NCBI RefSeq assembly: GCF_006345805.1
Contig: NC_043001.1
Location: 88,908,001 to 88,972,000 of the forward strand
Reading direction: 5' to 3'
DNA length: 64,000 nucleotides
Source of the DNA: Octopus sinensis
Lineage: Eukaryota
The position numbers were made by a program, and so were the translations under genes. Under the pieces are notes generated by a model. That model made no database searches. It was not told the DNA's origin and saw nothing but the letters and a program-made list of their open reading frames with translations. Shown here piece by piece: positions 40,040 through 51,205 of this stretch (its first letter is position 1; every line of letters starts with the position of its first letter).

Positions 40040-41671
40040 TTACTGTGGGACTGCCGTGACAGTGTATTGGTTATTTTGTGTGTAACTAATGCAAGGTGTG
40101 TACTGAGGATAGGAAAGGGCTTGTCCTGTAGTTGAGGCATTAATTGCCCCTAGACCAAAAGTAGTGTTCCCAAGAGATGAAGTGCCTGGTATGAAAGTGT
40201 GGGGTAAAGCTGTGGTTTGTGGGTAGCCTGGGGGAAAGTTTGGTTGTGGTGTCATATATGGAGCAGATGAAGGTGCATTCGTTGAAGCTGAAACAGCTGG
40301 TGGAGAGAAGTAGAATGGAGCTTGTGGAAAGCTATGGGCTGACATTCTTGTTAAGTATCCAGGAACATTGGGGTTTGGCAAGCGCACACAACAGGCGCTA
40401 CTAGAAGAGCTGGTGGGGTTGGTATGAGACCCTGTGGCACTGGTAACAGTAGATGCATTTGCAGTAGATGCACTTGCTGTTGTACTACCTACTGGTGAAG
40501 TCGAACCATCCAGATTGCAGCCAGGATTGTACATATGCAGTGTATACATAGCTGGATGTGCTTGAGTAATGGGAGACAGCGATGTCATTAGCCCACTAGC
40601 GTTAGTCATTAAATCACTAGTGGTGCTTGTCACAGCAGCAGCAGGCCCTTTACTGGAAGTAGAATTAACTGTCAAACCAGATTTGTCTTTTTTCTCAACA
40701 AAGCCATTGGTTGAACAAACCCGAGGTTGGTCATAATTAAAGCCTGGCAAAAAGCAAGGTGTATCTGGACCAAACGTGTTTCCAGAAGTCATAAACTGTT
40801 CAGCAAGATCCATCTGCTGGCGAAGAATAATAGGCCGACCTTCACACCGAGCTTTTTCTGCATTGGTTTCTGCGAGCATTAGCTGAAATCTCAGGGGAAT
40901 GTCTTTGATCGGTTTAATCAATTTGTGACTGCCATACCAATAGAACTTACGCCTGTTTCGCTTCTCTTGTTCTTTTGGATCAAAAAGGGGTGTTTTTGTC
41001 TCTTCCATGTAATTTTCCCCAATATTGGCCAACTGTGCATCCATCAGTGATTTTGATTCACTCACTGTACTGCTATCATTTGGGTCTGGATTCAAGGATA
41101 AACTCTCACTGGAAGTAACATTATCATCATTGTCTTCACAGTTCAAATTGTCAGTTTTTGCAGCTGGAGTGACACTGCTACACATTGCAATGCCATGTCT
41201 ACTGTTACCATTTACACTGTATGAGGTCATTGATTGTTTCAACCTAACGCTGTCTTCGATCGTATCATTCACAGCTGTCACACATTCATCTGACGTAACT
41301 GCTGTCATCATCGTTTTTGTTGCTGCTGTTGTTAATGGTGTTGGTGCTGATGTTGGCGTTGGTGTTGGTGTTGTAGTTGTATTACTTGCCGTAATCTGCA
41401 TTTTGATTGTTTCCAAAGAGCTTTCATTCAACTTTGGTAGCAATGGCAATGGGTGGGTGTTGTTTCTAAGATAACTGTTATATGGTGACTTTGACAGAGC
41501 TGCAGTAGAGATGGTTGGAGTCTGGTATGGACTGACCCTGGGAAACACATTGCCAGCATTTACATACTTAACCTCTGTTGTTGTTATATTCGCACGGAAT
41601 ATGTTTTTGGGACCAACCCGTACAATTCGGGTGGTTTGCCGGTTGACTTGCTGTCCAGCTGGAACTTTCAT
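40040..41671 (-). CDS. 543-aa largely disordered Ser/Thr/Pro-rich protein of unknown family; single coding exon
   Basis: 1632-bp uninterrupted ORF in repeat-free sequence; acceptor ttcttattttcatttcag 22 nt upstream of ATG; ordered-looking core RRKFYWYGSHKLIKPIKDIPLRFQLMLAETNAEKARCEGRPII. Confidence 0.88.
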   Translation of the reverse strand: MKVPAGQQVNRQTTRIVRVGPKNIFRANITTTEVKYVNAGNVFPRVSPYQTPTISTAALSKSPYNSYLRNNTHPLPLLPKLNESSLETIKMQITASNTTTTPTPTPTSAPTPLTTAATKTMMTAVTSDECVTAVNDTIEDSVRLKQSMTSYSVNGNSRHGIAMCSSVTPAAKTDNLNCEDNDDNVTSSESLSLNPDPNDSSTVSESKSLMDAQLANIGENYMEETKTPLFDPKEQEKRNRRKFYWYGSHKLIKPIKDIPLRFQLMLAETNAEKARCEGRPIILRQQMDLAEQFMTSGNTFGPDTPCFLPGFNYDQPRVCSTNGFVEKKDKSGLTVNSTSSKGPAAAVTSTTSDLMTNASGLMTSLSPITQAHPAMYTLHMYNPGCNLDGSTSPVGSTTASASTANASTVTSATGSHTNPTSSSSSACCVRLPNPNVPGYLTRMSAHSFPQAPFYFSPPAVSASTNAPSSAPYMTPQPNFPPGYPQTTALPHTFIPGTSSLGNTTFGLGAINASTTGQALSYPQYTPCISYTQNNQYTVTAVPQ

Positions 41672-41693
41672 TCAAATTTCAATCTCAAACAGC

Positions 41694-41725
41694 CTGAAAT
41701 GAAAATAAGAAAAAAACAAAGTCTG
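41694..41725 (-). other. Splice acceptor / polypyrimidine tract of a 5'-UTR intron
   Basis: Minus strand ctttgtttttttcttattttcatttcag|GCTG; all three frames hit a stop within 26 nt, so the coding sequence must start at ATG 41671. Confidence 0.75.
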
Positions 41726-42491
41726 TTAACTGTGACTGTTCTTGGAAGAAACAAGACATTTAATTTAGTGATAGTCACTTGACTCTCAACAGCCCAGCCC
41801 CTGCTAGATATAAGTAACACAGAGTAGAACTGTCCCTTTTTGTAAGTAGTGGCAATAGTGTAAAATGGAAGAGTGCTGCATTAGGAAGTAGTAATCTTAC
41901 AGTGATATTTCTATGGGCTTCAGTCAATGCTAAAAGCATTCTATCTCTCACTGACACTCTGGAGGGAACTACAAAATGAATTATGTGACCAGATTAGTAA
42001 ACTAACTTCATTGGGGCCTAATTGCCTAGAGAAAAACATGCACTGCTTGAGGGAGCACATAACATTTTTTTTCACTTGCTGAGACTGGAGGAAGGAGCTG
42101 TGCCTGTGGATTTTGTAGATGTTTGTTTAAACTATTTCAGGAAAACACCTACAGGAAAGACATGAACAAGGAGAATATTCCAGAGGGACAATGTCCTAGG
42201 GAGGGAGAACTAAGGAAGTGGTGAGTGTAGTACCAGTAGGGTTTTATACAACAAAGATGACGAGATGGGGTGACTGGTGTAAAGTGTGCCTGAATGGAGA
42301 AGAAATTAGATCAGCCGACTACAAGAAACAGAGATTGTTTTAGAAGTCATACAAAAAGAAAAAACAGTGTTTTCAGAGACAGTAGGCCAGAGGCTTATGT
42401 GTGCCTGTTAATGAGTTAATGCTAATCCGAAGACTGACCCTTCTCTAGGAGCAATCCAGAAAGTTTGTGCATGAGAGCAGCATCAGTGTCC

Positions 42492-43186
42492 CATATGTAC
42501 GTGTATGTGCAGTATGTATGAAATTACACACGTACACATACAGATGAATATAAGTATATATACAGGGTTATTCAAAAAGAATGAACTGATTTCATTACAC
42601 AATATTTTAATAAGGAAAAGCAATAGAAAACTGCAGCTAAGTCACAAGTATTTACTTACAATCAACTTATATTTCCTGTCTTATAAGTATTCAATATGGC
42701 TACCACCTGCAGCATGGGCAACATCAATGCGATAAGAGAATTCCTCCCAGACACATATCAGCATATCATGATCCGCTGAGTTGATTACTGTTGTTATTCG
42801 ATGTTTAAGATCATCAAGGTTAGTGGGTAGTGGTGGAACATAAACACGATGATCTTTTGCATATTCCTACAAGAAAAAATCACAAACAGTGATGTCTGGG
42901 GATCTCACAGGCCAAGCAGATATGTGCCTGGGAAGAATTCTCTTATTGCATTGATTTTGCCCGTACTGCAGGTGGTGGCCACATGGAACACTTGTAAGAC
43001 AGGAAATAAAAGTTGATTATAAGTAAATACTTGTGACTTAGCTGCAGTTTTCTATTGCTTTTCCTTTTTAAAATATTGCGTAATGAAATCAGTTTATTCT
43101 TTTTGAATAATCCTGTATATATACTTATATTCATCTGTGTGTGTATGTATGTAATTTCACACATACTGCACATATGCATACATATG
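42492..43186. mobile_element. Fold-back structure made of two Tc1/mariner right ends plus duplicated flank
   Basis: Arms 42492-42763 and 42915-43186 are inverted copies; spacer encodes WPVRSPDITVCDFF on the minus strand. Confidence 0.85.
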
Positions 43187-43228
43187 TGAGGATATATGTA
43201 TGCATATATATATATATATATATATATA

Positions 43229-44155
43229 TCATCATCATCATCGTTTAACATCCGGTCTCCATGCTAGCATGGGTTGGACGGTTCGACCGGGGATCTGGGA
43301 AGCCAGAAGGCTGCACCAGGCTCCAGTCTTATCTGGCAATGTTTCTACAGCTGGATGCCCTTCCTAACGCCAACCACTCCGTGAGTGTAGTGGGTGCTTT
43401 TTACGTGCCACCTGCACAGGTGCCTGGCGAGGCTGGCAACGGCCACAGTCGGATTGGTGCATTTTATGTGCCACCGGCACGGAAGCCAGTCAAGGCGGCA
43501 CTGGCATTGGCCACAATTTGGAAGGTGCTTTTTACGTGCCACCGGCACGGAAGCCAGTTGAGGCGGCGCTGGCATCGGCCACGATTCGGATAGTGCTTTT
43601 TATGTACCACCAGTCCAGGGGTCCTGGCATCTGCCGGGTGCCAGTCATAGGATTGGTTCAATTTCGATTTCGATTTCGATTTCACTTGCCCCAACAGGTC
43701 TTTGCAAGCAAAGGGGGGTTTGGCATGGGTGCCTGTCGTCAGATGAGGTTCGATATCGACTTCGCTTGCCTCAACAGGTCTTTGTGTGTCCAAGGGAGGA
43801 AAGGCATGCATAAGTGGGCTGGACTCACTTGTCCTGCCTGGTCTTCTCACGCACAGCATATTTCCAAAGGTCTCGGTCACTGGTCATTTCCTCAGTGAGG
43901 CCTAAAGTTCGAAGGTCGTGCTTCACCACCTCATCCCAGGTTTTCTTGGGTCTACCTCTTCCACAGGTTCCCTCAACTGCTAGGGTGTGACACTTTTTCA
44001 CACAGCTGTCCTCATTCATTTGCAACACATGACCATATCAGCACAGTCATCTCTCTTGCACACCACATCTGATGCTTCTTAAATCCAACTTTTCTCTCAG
44101 GGCGCTTACACTCTGTCGTGTATGCACACTGACATTACACATCCACTTCATAAAC
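43229..44155 (-). mobile_element. RTE LINE 3' end (RT C-terminus, 3'UTR, (GAT)n tail); parent of family E tails
   Basis: ORF 43825-44028 VEGTCGRGRPKKTWDEVVKHDL...DRDLWK; UTR with ~60-bp tandem repeats. Confidence 0.9.
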
Positions 44156-44205
44156 ATCATCATCATCATCGATGATAATTATATATATCAACATCATGGT
44201 CAGCA

Positions 44206-44253
44206 TCGACCACTGATGCGGTCACAGGAGTGTGACGAAAGAACTCTGGCCGA
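44206..44253 (+). ncRNA. Compact type-I hammerhead-like motif
   Basis: tcgacca-CTGATG cg-gtcaca GGAG tgtgac-GAAA-gaac-TC-tggccga; helix I 6 of 7 pairs; core variant at A9. Confidence 0.55.
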
Positions 44254-44365
44254 AATAAGATTAAGATTAATGTAAAAAATAAATAACACTGAAGCAAAAT
44301 AACACCAAATATACAGTGCATGTGTTTTTATTGGCTAAACTGGCAAAATTACCATTCCAAAATAT

Positions 44366-44433
<68 letters not shown>

Positions 44434-44440
<7 letters not shown>

Positions 44441-44875
44441 CAAATAAGAAAATGGAGAAACAAATTCAGCACGTTCATCAATTTACGGATATTACAATGT
44501 TACATTATTTATTCATTTTACAAATGAGAACATCAAAAGCAAACAAAATATTATATAAATCAATAGGTAATATAATAATAATAATAATTATTATTATTAT
44601 TATTTGTTTATTATCTATTTGTATATATTAAATAATAAGTGCAGCATGTTTAGTATATCAATATTATTATTTTTCTTTTCAAGTTAATTATATCCTCTGA
44701 CGAGGCCTATGGTTCTTTTAACATATAAGTATAATTTTTATGCCTACAACCCTAATATACTGACATCTATGGGCGATGTAAGTTGGATTGACTTTTGACC
44801 CTAGGCTGAAACAGCTGTAAGAAGTAGTTTATGAATTTCAATAATTTATAATATGACTTTTAAAATTTGTATATC

Positions 44876-44925
<50 letters not shown>

Positions 44926-45061
44926 TGCCTATTGATTTATATAATATTTTGTTTGCTTTTGATGTTCTCATTTGTAAAATGAATAAATACTGTAACATTG
45001 TAATATCTGTAAGTTGATGAACATGCTGAATTTGTTTCTCCATTTTCTTATTTGTATTATA
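44434..45061. repeat. ~170-bp inverted arms around a ~270-bp spacer
   Basis: tacaaataagaaaatggagaaacaaattcagc... (44439) versus ...gctgaatttgtttctccattttcttatttgta (45056); ORF 44846-45043 mirrors the left arm. Confidence 0.9.
44692..44825 (+). ncRNA. Type-I hammerhead-like motif with 92-nt loop II
   Basis: CTGACGA(44697-703)-ggccta...taggct-GAAA(44808-11)-CAGCTG-TA-agaag; helix I weak. Confidence 0.55.
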
Positions 45062-45224
45062 AATTTACGGTAAAAATATTTTTTTTACCTTCACCCATTT
45101 AATACAATAAACGAATTAATTGCATTGCAATTAAAAACATTTGTGTACTAAGAATTTGATATCCCATAGTGGGTTACATTCATAACCCTTATCTTACTTT
45201 GTACTATATATATACATATCATTG

Positions 45225-45475
45225 TGGAGGCACATGGCTTAGTGGTTAGGGTGTCAGCATCATGAGTGTATGGTTAGGGTTTCAATTCCTGGACTGGGCA
45301 ACACATTGTATTCTTGAGCAAAACACTTCATTTCATGTTGCTCCAGTCCACTCAGCTGGCAAAAATGAGTAACACTACGATGGACTGGTGTCCCGTCCAA
45401 CTGGAGAATGCATACGCCATTGAAACCGGGAAACTGGGCCCATGAGCCTGGCTAAGCTTTAAAAGGGCGCATTTA
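45225..45475 (+). mobile_element. tRNA-headed SINE (family C/D hybrid-like)
   Basis: ggcacatggcttagtggttagg...gggtttcaattcctgg; family D-type 3' end. Confidence 0.7.
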
Positions 45476-45648
45476 TTTTTTTTTATACATATCATTATCA
45501 TCATCATCATTGAATGTCTGCTTTCCATGCTGGCACCAAACTTCAGTGTCTGTTTTGGTGTGCTTTCTACAGCTTGATGCCCTTCCTAATATCAACCACC
45601 CCACAGAGTGGATTGAGTGTATTTTACATGGCACCAGCATATGCATGT

Positions 45649-45688
<40 letters not shown>

Positions 45689-46129
45689 ATGCATGCATGC
45701 GTGTGTGTATTTTACAGGAAATAAAGTAGATTTTTAATGCAGGATAGCTGTGAAAACAGCCTAGAAAATTGGGCAAATATACCTAAAAGACAGAAAAAGT
45801 TGCCAGCAGGTTGTTACAGAGAACTGAACCTTGTACTTCTCAGATACCAGCTTCATTTCCATCTACCAAATCCACTGACAAGGCTTTTAGTTGACCCAAG
45901 GCTATAGTAGAAAACACTTGTCCAAGGTACCATGCAGCGGGACTGAACCCAGAACCATGTAGTTGGGAGGTTTCCATTGTAGGACTGCAGCCATAGTGGA
46001 GCACCACTTTCATTTATTTTCTATCACCTTTGTTGTCACTTTTATGGCTGGAAGTTGGCCTGTGGATTGAGTTGGTGGCAGCTGATCTCCTCTGAGTAAA
46101 TCCATGAATGGCTGACTAGTCCAATATTA

Positions 46130-46600
46130 TTGTTAGGAGTTTATCCAACGTTTGATGTTGTTGTTGTTTAATGTTTCAGCAGAGGTTCCTTTGATATTTC
46201 TGATTACTTTAGGCAGGCAGTTGAACAGTTGAGGACCTCTAAATATCAAACTCAATACAATAAAGTCTTTTTGCTTGTGATTTCTAATGTGGTATATTTG
46301 GAAGCTGACAGAATTGAACAATTCGTGCTTTAAAATTCTCTCGAATGCTGAAGTTTGGAACGGCATTCACTGAAGTAGAGATGCAATGTTTTCAAATATT
46401 CCCAGTATTTAAGGCTTTTAGCCAAAGATATTTTACTGGTGAACGTTCTTCATAACCCTTCACTTTCTTCTATGAGACCAAATAAGTTTGGAGACCAAAA
46501 CTCTGAGAGTAATCTAACTTGCTCAGAACACAAGGTTTTCCATAGTGTTTGCCCAACTACTGGTTCTCTTGTCAGAAACGTTTGTAGAATCCATCCTATA
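46130..46600 (-). mobile_element. CR1-like LINE 3' coding relic
   Basis: FRGPQLFNCLPKVIRNI in ORF 46133-46366. Confidence 0.7.
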
Positions 46601-46649
46601 TGGATATTAAATGATGATGAAGAGGAGGAGGAGGAAAAGGATATATATA

Positions 46650-47062
46650 CAGGCGTAGGAGTGGCTGTGTGGTAAGTAGCTTGCTTACCAACCACATGGT
46701 TCTGGGTTCAGTCCCACTGCGTGGTACCTTGGGCAAGTATCTTCTACTATAGCCTCGGGCCGACCAAAGCCTTGTGAGTGGATTTGGTAGACGGAAACTG
46801 AAAGAAGCCCGTCGTATACATGTGTGTATATATATATATGTATGTGCGTGTGAGTATATGTTTGTGTATCTGTGTTTGTCCCCCCATCATCACTTGACAA
46901 CCGATGCTAGTGTGTTTACGTCCCCGTAATTTAGTGGTTCGAGAAAAGAGACTGATAGAATAAGTACTAGGCTTGCAAAGTATAAGTCCTGGGGTCAATT
47001 TGCTCGACTAAAGGTGGTGCTCCAGCATGGCCACAGTCAAATGACTGAAACAAGTAAAAGAG
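46650..47062 (+). mobile_element. Full-length CORE-type SINE (family A)
   Basis: A/B boxes, CORE-like segment, internal (TG) tract, gaaacaagtaaaagagta tail. Confidence 0.88.
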
Positions 47063-47087
47063 TATATATATATATATATAGATATAG

Positions 47088-47119
<32 letters not shown>

Positions 47120-47219
47120 TCACTTCTGTTTTTAATGATTTAAATTCATCCTCTGAGAAGGATCTGGTTTCTAACAAAGATACAAAGTCTTTGGAATGCA
47201 GATGATGAAAATAATGTCA

Positions 47220-47815
47220 CATTTTAAACTTGAGAAAAGTTTTGCATAGTTTTACTGTTCCACTTAAAAATTTTATTTGTAATGTGTGAGTTGACTGGTT
47301 GTTGTTTTTTTTTTTCTGAAAATTCAAGCTTATCCAGACTGTCAGTTAGGCATTTACTCACAAAAACAAGTGCACCAATTATGATTATAAATGTAAACTT
47401 GTAACCTGGATATAGAAGCTGGAGGTTTCGAGGCAGTTGTCCATAATTATCTTCTTTCACTTTGATTTTCAAAGAGATATTCACATCAGCAGAAATCATT
47501 TGACCTCTGTGATGCTATATATTTTTCTTATCTCTCCCAAAACACATCCAGCTTGTTATGCTTACACTTGACAGATGTTTTGATGGGAATGTCCACCGAT
47601 ACTCCTTGTGTTAACGTTTATGTACATATAGGTGTAGGAGTGGCTGTGTGGTAAGTAGCTTGCTTACAAACCACATTGTTCTGGGTCCAGTCCTACTGCG
47701 TGGTACCTTGGGCAAGTGTCTTCCACTATAGCCTTGGGCCAACCAAAGCCTTATGAGTGGATTTGGTAGACGGAAACTGAAAGAAGCTCATCGTATATAT
47801 GTGTATATGTGTGTA

Positions 47816-47869
<54 letters not shown>

Positions 47870-49020
47870 TGTGTTTGTCCCCCCAACATCGCTTGACAAC
47901 CGATGCTGGTGTGTTTACGTCCCTGTAACTTAGCGGTTTGTCAAAAGAGATTAATAGAATTAGTACTAAGCTTACAAAGAATAAGTCCTGGGGTTGATTT
48001 GCTCATCTTAAAAAAAGGCTGTGCTCCAGCATGGCCACAGTCAAAATGACTGAAACAAGTAACAGAGTATCCAATAAAAGGGAGATTCTCTACATTTATT
48101 CCAGGACAGTCTTTATTTCCAAAAGGCATCATATTATGTTTTTGCAACAGTGTTGTGTTGCACATGAAGGTAGTAACTTGATGACATTTTTAGGCAGTTG
48201 CTAATCACATGCGTGATGTCTTCCACAGAAGTATGACATAATCGGCATTTTCAGTTGCATCTTGGAACACTAAGAGCTTCATTGTCGCTTTTGTTTATTC
48301 ATTGTCTTTTGTTTATTCATTGTCTTTTGTTTATTCATTGTCTTTTGTTTATTGGGTATTTAGTAGCACTCTCCTGCTCTTGGATGGCAAATGTATAACC
48401 TTTGAAGTGTGATGTGATGAAGCTGCCATGAGTCCAAGAGAAGCTTCACTTCATGTCAATATTACTGTCTTCTACAAGCCTTCATGAAACATACCCATGC
48501 ATGGTCTTTTCTTTTTGGTATGCTGAGCATTTCATATTCAGATCCTCTTTAGGGCATATTTGTCTGACTGTATGTCAGGTCATGAAGAAGAGAGTGCTTC
48601 CTGAGGAGTTCATTGCCGACAGATAAGATATTGTTCTTGTCACTTTTCAGCACTTAGTTAATGTATTTATTTTTCTGCTGTTGTTTATTAAGTGCTGTCA
48701 GAGAAAGACTATACAACATTTGAAGGCTGTCTGCACTAATCTCAAGCCTCCATCTCCTTAGTCTCTTCCTAAGTAGAGCCTGCTGATACCACTCTCCTAG
48801 GGGAGATTTCCAGTTGATGTCAGTATCTTGCAGGTTTTAATGTCTATGGAGTAGATTCCTTCCACAGACGAATCAAGAATCCCAAATTTTAGGATCAGCT
48901 CTGGTACTGCAAATGCATCAAGGGATATTGTCTTGTTGTAAGAAGAGAGTTCCAACTGCTATATTTTTCTAAGTCTGGTATAATATTCTCAGGTCACTAT
49001 CTTTACTCATAATACCTTCG
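47220..49020 (-). mobile_element. R4/Dong-type (REL-endonuclease) non-LTR relic, interrupted by a family A SINE at 47630-48065
   Basis: Minus strand KCRLCHTSVEDITHVISNC (CCHC knuckle) near 48200, and ISADVNISLKIKVKEDNYGQL...LQLLYPGYKF in ORF 47224-47499. Confidence 0.8.
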
Positions 49021-49139
49021 TATGCTATGTGTTCCTCAATGCCTATGTATATACATACATATGTATGTACGTATGTATGCATGTATGTATGTATGCATGC
49101 ATATACGTATGTATGCATGCATATACGTATGTATGTATG

Positions 49140-49540
49140 TATACTCTTTACTCTTTTACTTGTTTCAGTCATTTGACTGTGGCCATGCTGGAGCATCACC
49201 TTTAGTCAAGCAAATCGACCCCAGGACTTATTCTTTGTAAGCCTAGTACTTATTCTATTGGTCTCTTTTGCCGAACCGCTAAGCTACGGGGATGCAAACA
49301 TACCAGCATCGGTTGTCAAGTGATGTTGCGGGGACAAACACAGACACACAAACACACACACACATATATATACATACACATATATATGACAGGCTTCTTT
49401 CAGTTTCCGTCTACCAAATCCACTCACAAGGTTTTGGTCAGCCCGAGGCTATAGTAGAAGACACTTGCCCAAGGTGTCACACAGTGAGACTGAACCTGGA
49501 ACCATGTGGTTGGTAAGCAAGCTACCTACCACACAGCCAC
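49140..49540 (-). mobile_element. CORE-type SINE (family A)
   Basis: Reverse complement of 46650-47062. Confidence 0.88.
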
Positions 49541-49544
49541 GCAT

Positions 49545-49806
49545 GTATATATGTATATATGTATGTATGTATGTGTGTGTGTGTGTGTGTGTGTGTGCAT
49601 GTCTGTGTGTGTATGTCTGTGTGTCTGTATATGCAGATTGTCTGTGTGTACCTCGATGTATTTCAAACTCAGATTTTAAGCAGAATTTTTTTCAAATTTG
49701 TTATAATAATTTTATTGTAATTTATTTCATCTTGTGACATACATTCAAAAAAATCATTACTTATCGATCTAACAATATCCATTTATCTATCTTCTTTCTG
49801 CCTAAT

Positions 49807-49838
<32 letters not shown>

Positions 49839-50109
49839 TGTATGTATGTATGTATGTATGTATGTATGTATGTATGTATGTATGTGTGTGTGTGTGTGTG
49901 CATGTCTGTGTGTGTATGTCTGTGTGTCTGTATATGCAGATTGTCTGTGTGTACCTCGATGTATTTCAAACTCAGATTTTAAGCAGAATTTTTTTCAAAT
50001 TTGTTATAATAATTTTATTGTAATTTATTTCATCTTGTGACATACATTCAAAAAAATCATTACTTATCGATCTAACAATATCCATTTATCTATCTTCTTT
50101 CTGCCTAAT

Positions 50110-50141
<32 letters not shown>

Positions 50142-50190
50142 TGTATGTATGTATGTATGTATGTATGTATGTATGTATGTATGTATGTAT
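49545..50190. repeat. 303-bp tandem duplication bounded by (TATG)n/(TG)n
   Basis: Unique cores ~49595-49812 and ~49898-50115 read identical; ORFs ending at 49737 and 50040 have the same C-terminus. Confidence 0.95.
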
Positions 50191-50609
50191 GTGTGTGTGT
50201 GTGTGTGTGTGTGCGTGTGTGTGGATGTACACACACACTCACATATGCACACATGTACATATGTTCATAACACACAAATGTGTGGGCATATATATATATC
50301 ATCATCATCATCATTATCATCATCACTGTTTAACATGTTTTCCATGCTGGCAGGAGTTGGACTGTTTGGCATGGAGCTGGCCATCTGTGGAGCTATCCAG
50401 ACACCAGTGGTCTGTTGTGGCATAGTTTCTACTGCTGAATGCCTGCCTAACACCAACCACTTTACAGAGTGCGCTGGGTGTTTATTATGTGCCACCAGCA
50501 TGGGTGCACTTACACAACACTGGCGTGAGTGCATTTTATGCAGCTCTGGTACCTGCAAAGGACATGCTTGTATGTATACATACACACATACTTATATCCA
50601 TTCATGTGA

Positions 50610-51205
50610 AAGTTCATGGCTTAGTGGTTACATCGTCGGGCTTATAATCATGAGGTTCTGTGTTCAATTCCCAGACCAGGCAGGTGTTGTGTTCTTGAGC
50701 AAGACGCTTATTTCATGTTGATCCAGTTCACTCAGCTGTTGAAATGAGTTGCAACATCACTGGTGTCAGGCTGTGTTGGCCTTGCCCTTTCCCTTGAACA
50801 ACACTGGTGACCATGGAGAAGTGAGACTTGTATTTATGGGCAACTGCTGGTCTTCCACAGACAACCTATTTCTTTACTACCCACAAGGGGCTAAACACAG
50901 AGAAGACAAACAAGGACAGACAAACCGATTAAGTCGATTATATCGACCCCAGTGCGTAACTGGTACTTAATTTATTGACCCCCGAAAGGATGAAATACAA
51001 AGTTGACCTCAGCAGAATTTGAACTCAGAACATAACGGCAGACGAAATACTGCTAAGCATTTCACCCAGCGTACTAACAGTTCTGCCGGCTTGTTGCCTC
51101 GTCTTCCACAGATAACCTTGCCTGGACTTGTGCCTTGCCTTGGAGGGGAATCTCTTGGTGCAATCCCATGGTCATTCATAACTGAGGAGGGCTTTCTATC
51201 TTTTT
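50610..51205 (+). mobile_element. tRNA-headed SINE split by a family B SINE (50867-51100, minus strand)
   Basis: 17-bp target-site duplication gtcttccacagacaacc (50850-66) / gtcttccacagataacc (51101-17). Confidence 0.88.

Noticed and set aside
41025-41474. 149-aa + strand ORF (and ORFs 40219-40404, 41511-41702)
   Set aside because: Antisense shadows of the 543-aa ORF caused by its Thr/Ser codon bias.
43390-43640. ~60-bp direct repeats resembling a CRISPR-like array (also near 38000, 52100 and 63350)
   Set aside because: The whole unit is repeated with no unique spacers, and it is an internal part of the RTE 3'UTR in a eukaryotic genome.
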